From assembly GCA_047495785.1 (NCBI GenBank), contig JBLDXI010000015.1, positions 3,658,001 to 3,722,000 on the forward strand: a stretch of DNA of 64,000 nucleotides. Direction: 5' to 3'. Position numbers and translations under genes: made by a program. This DNA comes from Lepidodermella squamata (taxonomy: Eukaryota > Animalia > Gastrotricha). The first letter of the stretch is position 1; the number at the start of each line of letters is the position of its first letter. Below are positions 48,646-61,916 of this stretch, piece by piece. Below the pieces are notes generated by a model, which did not search any database, had not been told where the DNA came from, and worked only from the letters and a program-made list of their open reading frames with translations.

Positions 48646-51537
48646 TCAAATCAAACTCGCCCATTTCGCCGTGGAGAATTGAATCGCGACGAACCCGATA
48701 ATTGCGACTGTTGCCGAAACAAGATCGATGACTCGACTGAGAGCTTTGTGCTTCAAGACAAGCTTAAGTTTCGGTGAAAAGAAGAAAAGAACCGCTACAA
48801 GATGATAAACTGTGCAGGCGAAGCAGAGCCATGTCGAATACTTGACGTACTCGTTCAGCAAGATTGTTGTCGAAGTTTTAGGAACTAGGCCCAGGACAGC
48901 CGACTGCGTGACTGTTAGCGTCAGCAGAATTGTCACGGTGAAAAATGCCCGATCGGTCATTTGAGGTGGCATGAAGAAGGCTGCAATGTTGAGCAGGCAC
49001 AGGACGAATGTTGGGACCATCAAGTTGTTGAAGTAATAGTCCGGAACGCGAGCTATTGTCAGCTGAAACTTGACAATGCTCACGTCAGCGCCCCGGAATC
49101 GAGTCTTGTCCAGCGTCTGATTCCTCGAGACAAATCGCCACTCTGTTGTCTCGTTAAGCTCAGACCAGAGGAATACCGGATCCGTGAACACTAGGAGATC
49201 AGTTGAACGCTGTAGAGTAAACGTGAACTCGCATGTCTGCGTGTCGAATGGGAACAATTCCAAATGAAGCAGACACTGTGATGAATAGAGGCCTTCAGAT
49301 GACCATAGGAATTCAAAAGTCCGATTTCCAACTGGGGCGTTGACGTTCTTGATCGAGAGCGTTAGGTCGTTGCCGAAGTTACCGCCGCTTCGGTAAATGT
49401 CCGAGGTTGCGCTAGTGATGAATCTCAGACCAGGTACCCATATTTCATCTGGCGATGACACATAGACTAAATCGTAAGGATTAGCCGAGATGAGGTCAGA
49501 GCTATTTTGAGGGCATGTTGATACTTGCCATTTCAACAACACGATTCCAAGGGTGTTCACTGCTTCGTTCACAGTGTCTACTTCAGATAGACGGCTGATT
49601 TGAAACGCAATCAAGATCGGGATAGGTTTGTCGAAGACAGGCGGGGCGATTTTCAGAGCGCTGAAATCGCTGCATTTCGTCATGACGCGCTCGCTCGTCT
49701 CTGCAGGGGGTGATGTCTGCTTTGGGTAGCAAGTGGGTACTAAATCTTCAATAACCTTCGGATTCTGGTTCAAGCAATCCTCTAAAGCTGGTTGTTGGCT
49801 CCTTGTTGAAGCCGTAATCATGGATATACCTATACTCGTGGTCGATGAAGTCGGCGTGCTTATCTTTTGATTTGATTGAAGTTGTCTCGCTGATGCTGGG
49901 CTGATTTCCAACGTACTACCAATCACTCCAGCGGCTGCCATGGTAGTACTGTCGGATGGAGGATTCGGGGTCCCCATGCTCGCATCAAATGCCGACGGAC
50001 TTTTCAAGTCTGCTGCACTTGTCAACACAGCTGGGGATACCGAGCTTGTGGTTTCTTGTTGGATGGAAGGAGAAGTGCGTGAAGGACTCGAAGTGCTTAA
50101 ATCCCTTTCGTCAGGAATAGTTTCAAAATATAGAGCTTCAGTCACTTCAGTGGCGGAAGTCTTGGCTGAAGTGGGCGTGACCCATATTGGCATTTGAGTT
50201 GTGTGGCTATTGGCAGAACTCGATTCAAAACTGGAAGTTAATTTCACATTTTGAGTCGTTGTCTGTCTGCTTGTTGCTTCAGTTGTAGTAATCGGATTTA
50301 CCGTGCTAGAAGGATTTTGAATGAAAGCCGTGGAAACTCTGGTTTTAGTACTCGCGACAGTAGTTGTAGTCCTGTATGCACTTGTCGATGTTGAAGTTGT
50401 GGTAGTAGAGGTTGAGGTGGTAGGAGTAGTGGTTGATGTTATTCTGGTCGTAGTAGTAGTCTTTGTTGAAGTTGTCCTAGGAGTCGTAGTCGTAGTCGTA
50501 GTCACTGGAATAACAACGGAACAACGTCACTTCACTAATGAAAATTTCAAACACAAACCCATTTCACAACTAACGGCTGCGGCAAGGTCTACTCGATTTG
50601 GTTTACAGATTGGATGATCGGGCCATTTTGTACCGCAATCGGCTATATCCACTTTCTTACCAGATGGGCATACGACATCGTCATAAGTGAACAAGCCTGT
50701 TGACATGCGTTTGACAGCTAGTTTGTTATCGAGGCTTTTGCCGGCCCTGTCGAATCAAGTAAGATTAAAAATAGACGAAATGAGATGAAAACTCACGTAA
50801 AGCCCATATATTTACAAGCGGCGTTCGCTACATCAGCGTTGAAGTTGGAGCTATCATCACATATTAAACCCCACACATCGCCGTTGAAATACTCGAGAAT
50901 CCCAGCCGATCCGCCTCCGTAAATGCGATACTTTGGTGTTGTGCTGCCTAGGATAAAAATTGGTATTCAGCTCTCATTCAGATCATAAAAAATTCTAACT
51001 ACCTTGCTGGCACGGGTGATCATCGCCGCAGCAGATCGCAGCAACTTGAGAAAGCTCTTTGCAATAAATTGCTCCTTTACGACTATTTGAACACGTCGCT
51101 ATATCAGGCTCTTTTCCAGTTGCGCAAACTACGTTGTCTAGCCATACAGGTAAATCCAGTGAAGATGGGCGGTCTACGACTGCGTATTCATTGCCCATGG
51201 ATTGTCCTGACCTGTGAAGTGAAGCATTTTTATAAATGGTGAAAAAAATACTCCGGGAAAAATTAACGTGTGACCAAGCGCGCGACATACGGCCTCAGCA
51301 GTCTTGTGGTTGAAGTTGCCATTATCGTTACACACGTACGTCCATGACTTTTTATCGGCGGAATAATATTCGAGTAGTCCGAACTGCTTGCCACCGGTGA
51401 TGCGATACAAGCTTGAGGCATTGCTCATCTCTAAACTTGTAATTAAACGTAACAATTGCGAAGGAATTAGCGAGCTTACCTTGAAAGACGAACAATGCCA
51501 TAAGCAATACATGTAGTAACCTTGAAAATAACTGCAT
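48646..51537 (-). CDS. SRCR-SRCR-mucin-pLGIC fusion, gene 1, 6 exons, ~875 aa
   Basis: Exons 51537-51480, 51430-51268, 51211-51003, 50947-50797, 50746-50559, 50504-48646 splice in frame (2628 nt); SRCR motifs GILEY..WGLICDD..A..AC..MG and VWLDNVVC.G.E.DI..C; Cys-loop CLLHLELFPFDTQTC; 4 TM. Confidence 0.88.
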
Positions 51538-52613
51538 TATATTCGTTTTTTTCGACTGATAATTTTCTGACTATCGCGAGGTTCTTTCAAACGGAAACAT
51601 GTTCAAATCGATCTTACCCGTATCAATATTGTTTAGTTCAGGATATTGATGGCGAGACGAAGTTGGCTTTCAATCCGCAAATATTTATTTTTGACCTTTT
51701 GAAGAAAAATCGAAAGTCTCCCAGGGATTCGTCCCTGGCGAAAAGGAATTACTAATAGCAATCTAATAAGAACTCGCCCTCGAACGATAATGGTGTTCTC
51801 GAGGAAAATCAGTCTTATGTTGTTGCAATCGCTATCGAGCATTTTCAATTTCGATGAATAATTGTAGTATTATGTGACAAAATTTGCCATTCATTCTTCT
51901 TTTACTTGATTTTCTTTTACTTAATTATTTTCAATAGTATCTTCAGACGACACATTGGACTCTTTGAACTATGTTGCGGGAATCGAGAGCTCAGGTCACC
52001 CAAGGTATACGTCACGTATCATGATTTTCACGTTCAAAATGCGCACTAAAACTTGACAAATTTGATTGAAGAACTCAGGTTCAGTAACATTGAGTGCGCT
52101 GATGTGGTATTTGTGGTATTTGATTTAGCATGAACGTTGCATACGGGTAGTATTTGAAACGGCCCGAGCGCGAGTATACAAAACACTGCTTCCCTGTCGG
52201 GCTTGGGTCCGCCAGAGCACGAACGATACGAAGTTCATTGCTCCAACCTACGATACTGACCGATGAATATTCGCCAGACGTGCATACTCGCGTCCCGATT
52301 ACTTTTACATTGATAGATCGGCTTGCAACCTGAGTTTGACCAATCGATTGAGAATGAAACGGGGGATTTTGGTATACATTTTAAGGTATAATGTAATCCA
52401 TTTATTCGCGCGAGTTACCCAACATCACGGTATTATAAAAATGTATCAGACTGGCAAAGATATGAAACCGATTGCGTTATATGCAGAAAACATGATTTCT
52501 AGGCATGCAATTTTTAGTCCATCCAAGTTCACCAATCAAATTTTCATTGCGCTGAATAAAAATCACCAGGTTCCAGGTTAATCCGGCAAAAAAGGAAGAA
52601 CCGCCTATTTCTA
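51506..52613 (+). repeat. 1108-bp direct repeat, left copy (native upstream region and first 32 nt of gene 1)
   Basis: Appears identical to 54909-56016 (constant offset 3403; identical ORF translations). Confidence 0.95.
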
Positions 52614-54908
52614 CGTTCACGTCGCGGAAGAACTCGCACTTCTGAAAAAGTCCGACAGTACGTCTAGTACGGTAGGCTCATGCTGTATCGAGTTGTACTG
52701 TAATTTCTACCGTATAAAAAGTACGGTTTTGTCGACCGTACTCCTAATACGGCGGGCCAGCCGTATGATCTGGTACAGCGGAATATAACTGTAGTCGAAG
52801 TACTGTCGATAGCAACTGTATATGATTGTACGGTATCCAGCCGTAGTTGATAGTACAGCTTGCAGTATTTGAAAGTACAGCATAGTACTGTAGAAAAAAG
52901 TACTGTCGGACTTATCAAAATGCTGCAACGCGTGACCTTACAAATTAAACTTTCGGATAAAAAGAAGTATCCACACAGGGTTTCCAATTTATTCAGGCTC
53001 GCATTTTATATCTTGGTGAAATCTCGTCAATGTAAATCCAAATTACGGTGTTGACCACATCCGCGTTCTTTTGAACGCATTTGTGGGAATTTGTGGTTAT
53101 TTCTGAGCTAATTATATGTAATAAGCATGTTACAATGTAACAGTTACGACCGAAGTCCGAAAGCGACCACATCGTGGTCTGGTCGATCAGACCCCGACGT
53201 GGCCACAGTCGATTTCCACGTCGCGCTCTGGTCGACTGGGATGCGACGGGCCTGCAATCTCTCTTATCAAACACCTTTGTCGGGCTTCGGCTCGTAGGTG
53301 TCAACCCAGGTACGGTGGGCTCCAAATCGAGAACAATGGACGTGCGCGCGCATTGTCCCGCCGTGCTCCGGCTCACACTTATTGCGCGCGAGCCAGAGCC
53401 CGACCGCACTCATCGACCAAGTCGAGTGGCCGAACATTTTTTTAATGTTTTTTACCGGACTTCGGTCGTAACATAACAACCAACATCGAAGTAACGACTT
53501 GGAAAGACTGCTGTAACCTCATTTTTAGGACCTCAGTTTAGCTGATGACCAGTGCCGGATTTTGCCTTTTCCCTGTTGGAAATTTCTCGGGGCCGTCAAA
53601 ATACTAATTTCCCTGGTCTTTTACCTTGTCGGCTCAAAATTGCGGTCTAAAACCTCTCTCTTGGGCGGAAAAATCGATCATTAAGGCCGATTTCACAAAG
53701 CAAAATTGTCCCTCCCACTGTGAAATGAAGACAGTTAGAAATTATTGCCATTCCGACGCAACTATGCCCTAAGTTTTGATATTCAACAACTAATTGGGCT
53801 TTTTTAATAACTGCCCGCCCATAGCTTAATTGAAAGGCCACGCCACAGCCGGAGAAACCGAAGGGTCCCCCGTTGGCCAATGAATTCTTTATTCGGGCGT
53901 CAAGACATTTCTGGTTACAACATCCATGCGACCTTCACCTCTACAACAGGGGAGTTGACAGCGGGCCGAATAGTGTTTACGAAACGAACAGTTACGACGA
54001 GTTGGATAGTTATGGACAGAGCTTCGCACTCAATTGGCCAATAAGTTATTGGGAGTAATTAGGGCTGAATTGTCGCTGACTAAAATGTCGAATGAGGGAA
54101 TGCCGTCTTATAAATACAAATCTACGGCTGAAACGTCTCTCGCTAAATCGTCGCGGCTAAAATGTTGCTACTAATTTTTATTTAAATATGGGCTCTTATG
54201 TCGCGGGCTGAATTCTCTTCCGGCTCAATTGACGGGACTGAAATGTCGGGGCTGAAAAGTCGTGGCTAAAACGCCGTGGGCCGAAATGTCATACGACCGT
54301 AATTTGTCAAATTCCGAGAATTCAGTGTGATCCTCAATTCAGTGTGATTTTCAAACGTTCAAGGGCATGAAATTTCTTTACGCTATAATAATGATATGCG
54401 TCTTTTTTGTCGCTAGCTCATTTGTCGCCGCCGTAAAGTAGGTCGGCTTCCAGGTAACAAATACCAGCCTCTGAAATGAGTCAAAACGAGTATAAAGGCT
54501 TTATAAAACGCGTTCATCAGACATGAGACATGACCCATCGATTATAGCCATTCATACTTTGATACATATTCCACGAGTTTCACTGTACCGCCGCTACTGC
54601 TATTAGCCGTAGATTGAGGTACAGCAACCCCAGCTGTACATGATAAATACAGTTATTCGCCGTACATCTATGTACAGTGCATTCGACAGTACTAATAACT
54701 ACGGCGTTTGGCAGTACTTATCAGTACAGTGTGATTACTGTATGCTAATGTACGGCCGGTATCTACTGTACAAATTCTACAGCTGTAATACCGTAGAAAA
54801 CAATACTGTCGAGATGAGCTGTACAAAAAATACAGTCAACTAAACTGTATACGAAAGTACTGTAATCAGAAAAAAAACCGAAGTGCGAGTTCTTCCGCGA
54901 CGTGAACG
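52614..54908. mobile_element. Non-autonomous TIR element, 2295 bp
   Basis: 29-bp perfect TIRs CGTTCACGTCGCGGAAGAACTCGCACTTC; subterminal regions rich in TACAG/AGTACT; no transposase ORF. Confidence 0.85.
53143..53472. mobile_element. Nested MITE, 330 bp
   Basis: 17-bp perfect TIRs GTTACGACCGAAGTCCG; TAACA on both flanks (offset by one base on the right). Confidence 0.7.
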
Positions 54909-56016
54909 AATACATGTAGTAACCTTGAAAATAACTGCATTATATTCGTTTTTTTCGACTGATAATTTTCTGACTATCGCGAGGTTCTTTCAAACGGAAA
55001 CATGTTCAAATCGATCTTACCCGTATCAATATTGTTTAGTTCAGGATATTGATGGCGAGACGAAGTTGGCTTTCAATCCGCAAATATTTATTTTTGACCT
55101 TTTGAAGAAAAATCGAAAGTCTCCCAGGGATTCGTCCCTGGCGAAAAGGAATTACTAATAGCAATCTAATAAGAACTCGCCCTCGAACGATAATGGTGTT
55201 CTCGAGGAAAATCAGTCTTATGTTGTTGCAATCGCTATCGAGCATTTTCAATTTCGATGAATAATTGTAGTATTATGTGACAAAATTTGCCATTCATTCT
55301 TCTTTTACTTGATTTTCTTTTACTTAATTATTTTCAATAGTATCTTCAGACGACACATTGGACTCTTTGAACTATGTTGCGGGAATCGAGAGCTCAGGTC
55401 ACCCAAGGTATACGTCACGTATCATGATTTTCACGTTCAAAATGCGCACTAAAACTTGACAAATTTGATTGAAGAACTCAGGTTCAGTAACATTGAGTGC
55501 GCTGATGTGGTATTTGTGGTATTTGATTTAGCATGAACGTTGCATACGGGTAGTATTTGAAACGGCCCGAGCGCGAGTATACAAAACACTGCTTCCCTGT
55601 CGGGCTTGGGTCCGCCAGAGCACGAACGATACGAAGTTCATTGCTCCAACCTACGATACTGACCGATGAATATTCGCCAGACGTGCATACTCGCGTCCCG
55701 ATTACTTTTACATTGATAGATCGGCTTGCAACCTGAGTTTGACCAATCGATTGAGAATGAAACGGGGGATTTTGGTATACATTTTAAGGTATAATGTAAT
55801 CCATTTATTCGCGCGAGTTACCCAACATCACGGTATTATAAAAATGTATCAGACTGGCAAAGATATGAAACCGATTGCGTTATATGCAGAAAACATGATT
55901 TCTAGGCATGCAATTTTTAGTCCATCCAAGTTCACCAATCAAATTTTCATTGCGCTGAATAAAAATCACCAGGTTCCAGGTTAATCCGGCAAAAAAGGAA
56001 GAACCGCCTATTTCTA
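54909..56016 (+). repeat. 1108-bp direct repeat, right copy
   Basis: Copy of 51506-52613, starting immediately after the right TIR. Confidence 0.95.
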
Positions 56017-56181
56017 CAGTACAAAATGCTCAACACACACACACACAGACACAACATAAATGATTAAATCATAACGGAAACAAAGTACAACAAACATTCA
56101 GTGTCAAGGTTAAGGTTCCGGTTGATCAAAAATAGGCATTATTACAGCGTCTAGGGTTCGCAATATCCTGGCTGCGTTATT

Positions 56182-58993
56182 TCAAATCAAACTCGCCCAT
56201 TTCGCCGTGGAGAATTGAATCGCGACGAACCCAATAATTGCGACTGTTGCCGAAGCAAGATCGATGACTCTACTAAGAGCTTTGTGCTTCAAGACAAGCT
56301 TAAGTTTCGGTGAAAAGAAGAAAAGAACCGCTACGAGATGATAAACTGTGCAGGCGAAGCAGAGCCAAGTCGAATACTTGACGTACTCGTTCAGCAAGAT
56401 TGTTGTCGAAGTTTTCGGAACTAGGCCCAGGACAGCCGACTGCGTGACAGTAAGCGTCAGCAGAATTGTCACGGTGAAAAATGCCCGATCGGTCATTTGA
56501 GGTGGCATGAAGAAGGCTGCAATGTTGAGTAGGCACAGGACGAATGTTGGGACCATCAGATTGTTGAAATAATAGTCCGGAATGCGAGCTATTGTCAGCT
56601 GAAACTTGACCACGCTCACGTCAGCGCCCCGGAATCGAGTCTTGTCCAGCGTCTGATTCCTCGAGACAAATCGCCACTCAGTTGTCTCGTTAAGCTCAGA
56701 CCACAGGAACACAGGGTCCGTAAACACCAGGAGATCTGTTGACCGTTGCAGCGTGAACGTAAACTCGCATGTCTGCGTGTCGAATGGGAACAATTCCAAA
56801 TGAAGCAGACACTGCGAAGAATACAGGCCTTCAGATGACCATAGAAATTCAAAAGTTCGATTGCCAGCTGGGGCGCCGACATTCTTGATCGAGAGCGTAA
56901 GGTCGTTGCCGAAGTTACCGCCGCTTCGGTAAATGTCGGAGGTTGCGCTCGTAATGAATCTGAGACCAGGTACCCATATTTCATCTGGCGATGACACATA
57001 GACTAAATCGTAAGGATTGACCGGAACGAGGTCAGAGCTATTCATAGGGCACGTTGATACCTGCCATTTTAACAGGACTATTCCGAGTGCGTTCACAGCT
57101 TCATTAACAGTGTCTACTTCAGATAGACGGCTGATTTGAAACGCAATCAAGATCGGGATAGGTTTGTCGAAGACAGGCGGGGCGATTTTCAGAGCGCTGA
57201 AATCGCTGCATCTCGTCATAACGCGCTCGCTCGTCTCTGCAGGGGGTGATGTCTGCTTTGGGTAGCAAGTGGGTACCAGATCTTCAATAACCTTCGGATT
57301 CTGGTTCAAGCAATCCTCTAAAACTGGTTGCTTGTCCGTCGAAGAAGCAACCACAGATGTCATTGTAGGTGAGGAATCTGATGGGCTTGTTCCCATGTCG
57401 GCGCGGATCTCTGCTGTTTCGGATGGGGAAGCTGAGCTTGTACCTTCTTTCTGGACGAGAGGAGTTAGAAGTCGCGTGAAGGCTACCGAGCTTACAGTTT
57501 CTTGCTGGATGAAAGCAGGAGTGCGTGAAGAACTCGTATAGCTGAAATCATTTTCCTCAGGAAAGGTTTCGAGGTATAAAGCAGGTGTTGCTTCAGTTGC
57601 TTCAGTTGTAGAAGTGACCATTAACGGTATGAGATTTGTAGACCTCGCAGTACTCGATTCAAAACCATATGTCGGTTTGAGATTTTGAGTCCTACTCTGG
57701 CTGCTTGTTGCTTCAGTTGAAGTAATCGGATTTACCGTGCTCGAAGGATTTGGAATTAAAGTTGTGGATATTCTGGTTTTAGTACTCGCGACAGTAGTTG
57801 TAGTCCTGTATGCTCTTGTCGATGTTGAAGTTGTGGTAGTAGAGGTTGAGGTAGTAGGAGTAGTGGATGATGATGTTCTGGTAGTAGAACTACTAGTCGT
57901 TGAAGTCGGCTTAGTTGAGGTTGTCCTAGAAGTTGTGGACGTGGTCACTAAATGACGCAAAAATATTCAGATCAATGATCAAGACTAGGAGTTGACTAGG
58001 AGACAGTAACGTACCGATTTCACAGCTAACGGCAGCAGCAAGATCTATTCGATTTGGCAAGCATACGGGATGGTTTAGAGAAACTTGACCGCAAGATGTT
58101 ATGTCAGCCTCAACACCAGTCTTGCAAACTACGTTGTCATAGACGAACAAGCCCGTCGACATGCGATCGACAGCAAGATTGTTTTCAAGTTTCTTGCCGG
58201 CCCTGAGCAATCATACGCTCGATCAGCGCCATTGTAACTTGCTAGAGGAAAAGTAGCTTACGTGAAACCCAAGGATCTACAAGCGGCATTCGCTGCTTCG
58301 TCGTTAAAATTTTTAGAATCATCGCATATCAGACCCCAGACGTCTTTGTTGTAGTACTCGAGAATTCCGGATGTCCCTCCGCCATTTATCCGATACTTCT
58401 TGGTCGTGGTTCCTTGTTAACAGGTAATAATACACCTTTCAAACCCAGATGATAGATCAGAGTTATACCTTGTTGACAAGGGTGTTCATCGCCACAACAA
58501 ACCGCGGCAGCTTGAGAAATATCTTTACACCACCTTGCACCGCTTTGACTGCTTATGCACGTTGCTATGTCCGACTCTTTTCCCGTAGAACATCTGACGT
58601 CGTCTAGCAGAAAGGCTAATGCAAGCGAAGAAGGACGGTCTACGACTGCGTATTTATTATTCATCGACCTCCCTGACCTTAAAATCCAAACTGTTTATCA
58701 ATCTATGCAGGCGTTATATATAACTCACGAGTAGTCAAGGGCGCGACATGCGGCCTCTGCAGCTTTGTCATTGAAGTTGTTATTATCGTTGCATATGTAG
58801 GTCCAGGCTGTTTTAGCGGCGGAATAATACTCGAGTATTCCGAAATGTTTGCCACCGTTGATGCGATACAAGTCCGAGGCAGCGGTAGTCTCTGAAATTA
58901 TTTCTATTAACCAAACGTTAGAGTAAAATAAAATTGTATACCTTCGTAAAGATACGAAAGAATAAGAAACAAGCTTAGAACTGATAGTGGCAT
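56182..58993 (-). CDS. SRCR-SRCR-mucin-pLGIC fusion, gene 2, 6 exons, ~842 aa
   Basis: Exons 58993-58942, 58891-58729, 58677-58469, 58412-58262, 58202-58015, 57947-56182 in frame (2529 nt); internal exon sizes 163/209/151/188 identical to gene 1. Confidence 0.88.
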
Positions 58994-59673
58994 TTCAAAC
59001 TCAATTTTCGACCGAATAGCAGAAAATATATTTTCAACCGCCGAAATAAACAATTTCAGCTTGAACAGTGCGAACTTCAGGATATTGCAGCAACAACCAG
59101 AAGTATGCATAGAAGCATACAGAATCTGGCTGTGTTGGTATAATTATTGCGATTTGTTTGTCGAGCAGCTTTTCTGGAATTTACCCCCGTCATTGAGGAC
59201 AACTATAGAGGAACAGTCATTTTCCAAGGTTGTTTGACTCGGCGTTTGGCTCTACAATTTACATGCGTATAGCTATATACCAAATGCTGTTATCAAAATG
59301 ATGATTCGCTGAGACTTCTCGAGCTGCCTTTCTGCGCTGAGAGATCGTTTTAAAATGATGAAAACGCAAAAAAAGCCATTGGGTGTATATTGGTAGTATT
59401 GGGCCTGTCAACACGCTGTGTACCTAATAAGTTTCGAAGTTGAATATTTGGGCTACAATTCGTCCAAAAAATGTATTTCTGTAGATGGATTCGATTCTGC
59501 TGATCACCTTTTTCTTCGAGGGAGGTTTCCTAGAGCTCATTCCCTTTCCACGGCTCTCGGGATAGAAAAGAGCAACTAGGCTCTCCTAACAAAGAACAAA
59601 GGATTCGAGCCGGCTAAAGCGCTTCCCATCGGCTTGCTTGAAACTGACTAAATGAGTTACTTGGTCTTCATGA

Positions 59674-59973
59674 CATTGTGTTTGAGGTTGTAAGTTGAAA
59701 AAAATCCGCACGCTGATTGGTCAGTTGGCTCGTATCCATGACTCCGCCTTGCTACTTGATCGTGCGATCTATAAAATTTGTGGCTTTTATTATTTTTATG
59801 AAGGCCGTATCGTAGCACGCGTTTCCAACAAATGCGTAAAACCATTCATAAAACGATATTTTTTGCAAACATTTTATGGATCGCACGATCAAGTAGCAAG
59901 GCGGAGTCATGGATACGAGCCAACTGACCAATCAGCGTGCAGATTTTTTTCAACTTACAACCTCAAACACAAT
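59674..59973. mobile_element. ~300-bp MITE with ~105-bp inverted arms; terminal base displaced by a nested insertion
   Basis: CATTGTGTTTGAGGTTG... / ...CAACCTCAAACACAAT; final G at 61275 followed by GA, matching GA at 59672-59673 (candidate 2-bp TSD). Confidence 0.85.
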
Positions 59974-61271
59974 GGGTGTTTTTTTTTATTCGACCCGACT
60001 TGCCCGCGCCCGCACTGCCCGCACACGTTCATTTATTCCGCCCAGACCGCCCGTACATCCACGGGCGCCCGAACACATTTTTTTATTAGCCCGGCTTGCC
60101 CGCACTCTACACATCGCCCATAACGCCCGGCCTCTCAAGACCGGGCAGCTGCGGGAAAAATGATCACGCACGCGATTCGAAGCAGCAAAAAATTGCAAAA
60201 AACATTTAATATGAGTGATAAAGTAGTGCAAGTGATTTTATTTCTGCTGCTGAATAATAATTCAGGAAACCATAAAATAAATGCAAATAATTTAAAAATA
60301 ATTATGGTCAATAAGAAGTACGGCAAAATCGCAGCGATTGGCAAGCGATCCCGGGTGGGTATTTCACCTCAATTTATCTCAAATGGCCCCGCATTAGAAT
60401 TGCTTTAAATTATTTTTCCTTTCCGGTATCGAACCGAGAGATGTGAAATTTAGATCGATTTTCATCGTAGATTCGGGTATCGAATCACAATAGCAGTGGT
60501 TGAAGAATACCAAAAGTCTAAACCCGTATTAATTATCAAATTTTAATAATGCTGCATTTAAAAGCCTTTAATTAATGTTAATTAATGTAATTTTGAATTC
60601 AAAATTCCAGCCTCCGTTCAAAATTTTACAAAATTTCATGACAAATTTAGAACATTGTTGAATGATTGAGAATCATATGAGATCGAATTTATCCAGATCC
60701 GAAGCGAGTTGGACACCGGAATTAAACTATGCGTGGCGAATGACCTTGACCAGGTTGACCAGGCCTGTTTCAGAATATTTTAAATGCTGAAGAATGGGAA
60801 TTTGCGATCAGAAATATCATATGAAATCAACTGTACTCGGTCACATTTCACATTTCATTAAATAATGCTGTAGATTTTATCCTTCCTAATTAAGCAAGCA
60901 TCAAGTTAGACTGGAATGGTGCGAATAATTTTCTCCCTTGGTTTGTGAACATAAGCATGAATCAGCAATCGCAGTAAGAAATCGCGAAAATAAGTGTTAT
61001 TAGCACTCGAGCCCGATGACGTTTTTTTACTCGCCCGTGTTTCCCAGCTCGCCCGCGTAGAAGTTGTATTGATAAAAAAATGTTTTCGGGCCGCCCGCAC
61101 AGCCCGGATTTTTTTATTCACGTCGCCCGTGATGCCCGACTCGCGGCCCGGGAGAAAAAGCCGGGGAATAAAAAAATGTACACGCGCCCGCGAAGCCCGG
61201 ATTTTTTTATTGCTCGCCCGTACAATCCGCCGGATCTCCCCGGGCGCAGTGGGGAATAAAAAAAAACGCCC
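59974..61271. mobile_element. Non-autonomous TIR element (Harbinger-like), ~1.3 kb
   Basis: TIRs GGGTGTTTTTTTTTATTC / GAATAAAAAAAAACGCCC; 3-bp TSD AAT; subterminal GCCCG clusters at both ends. Confidence 0.8.
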
Positions 61272-61288
61272 AATGGATCTGATATCCA

Positions 61289-61512
61289 CACCAGAAAAAA
61301 ATCACCCTAATTTGGGTGATAAAAAAAATCGAACTTTTAGCTCGTGAATTCTCCTAATTCATGGATTTTCAACATTTATCTGAATTCATGCCCAAAATCA
61401 CCCTACTTCATCTACAAAAACGCAGTTATTTATCTACTGACAGCATGAATTCAGATACCGAAACTAAATTCATGCTTTCGGTAGATAAATTATCGTGATA
61501 TTTTTTCTGGTG
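61289..61512. mobile_element. 224-bp MITE, CACTA/EnSpm-like ends
   Basis: TIRs CACCAGAAAAAAATCAC / GTGATATTTTTTCTGGTG; 2-bp TSD CA. Confidence 0.7.
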
Positions 61513-61916
61513 CACTTCCCAAGGCCTGCGATCGTTACGCCTGATAGGGCAGGGGCCCTTCTGATCTTCTCCGTCGCTCATTGAGTGTAGCAGTTGTTAA
61601 GATCAACAAATAATGTATTTTTTACGAGGCACAAGTTTATTCGAGAAAAAAGGCACGTTACTTTCAGAACGAAAAACTGAAAAATTCAAATGATAAATTA
61701 TTCAAATACAATTTTGGTTATAACACAGCCGTAGGACGTGGCACTTTTATAACATTAAACATAAGGAGAGAAATTGAGACAATCAGGTTTTAAAACTAAA
61801 AAAAAAACACAAATATATGAACTTTTTAAAACGAGAAACAGTAGGTGCATTCCATAGGATCGATATTCACATTGCCACCTGTCAAGAATTTTACATCTGA
61901 AAGAATGGGCGATCTT

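Noticed and set aside
50321-50617. Val-rich plus-strand ORFs (also 57737-57955 and 63022-63243)
   Set aside because: Antisense shadows of the poly-Thr mucin codons
54060-54295. CRISPR-like array of GGCTGAAATGTC-type motifs
   Set aside because: Short degenerate units with irregular short spacing inside a eukaryotic TIR element; no cas genes; minisatellite-like
51506-56016. LTR retrotransposon (two long direct repeats around an internal region)
   Set aside because: Repeats lack TG...CA ends, there is no gag/pol, one repeat is native gene sequence, and the interior has its own TIRs
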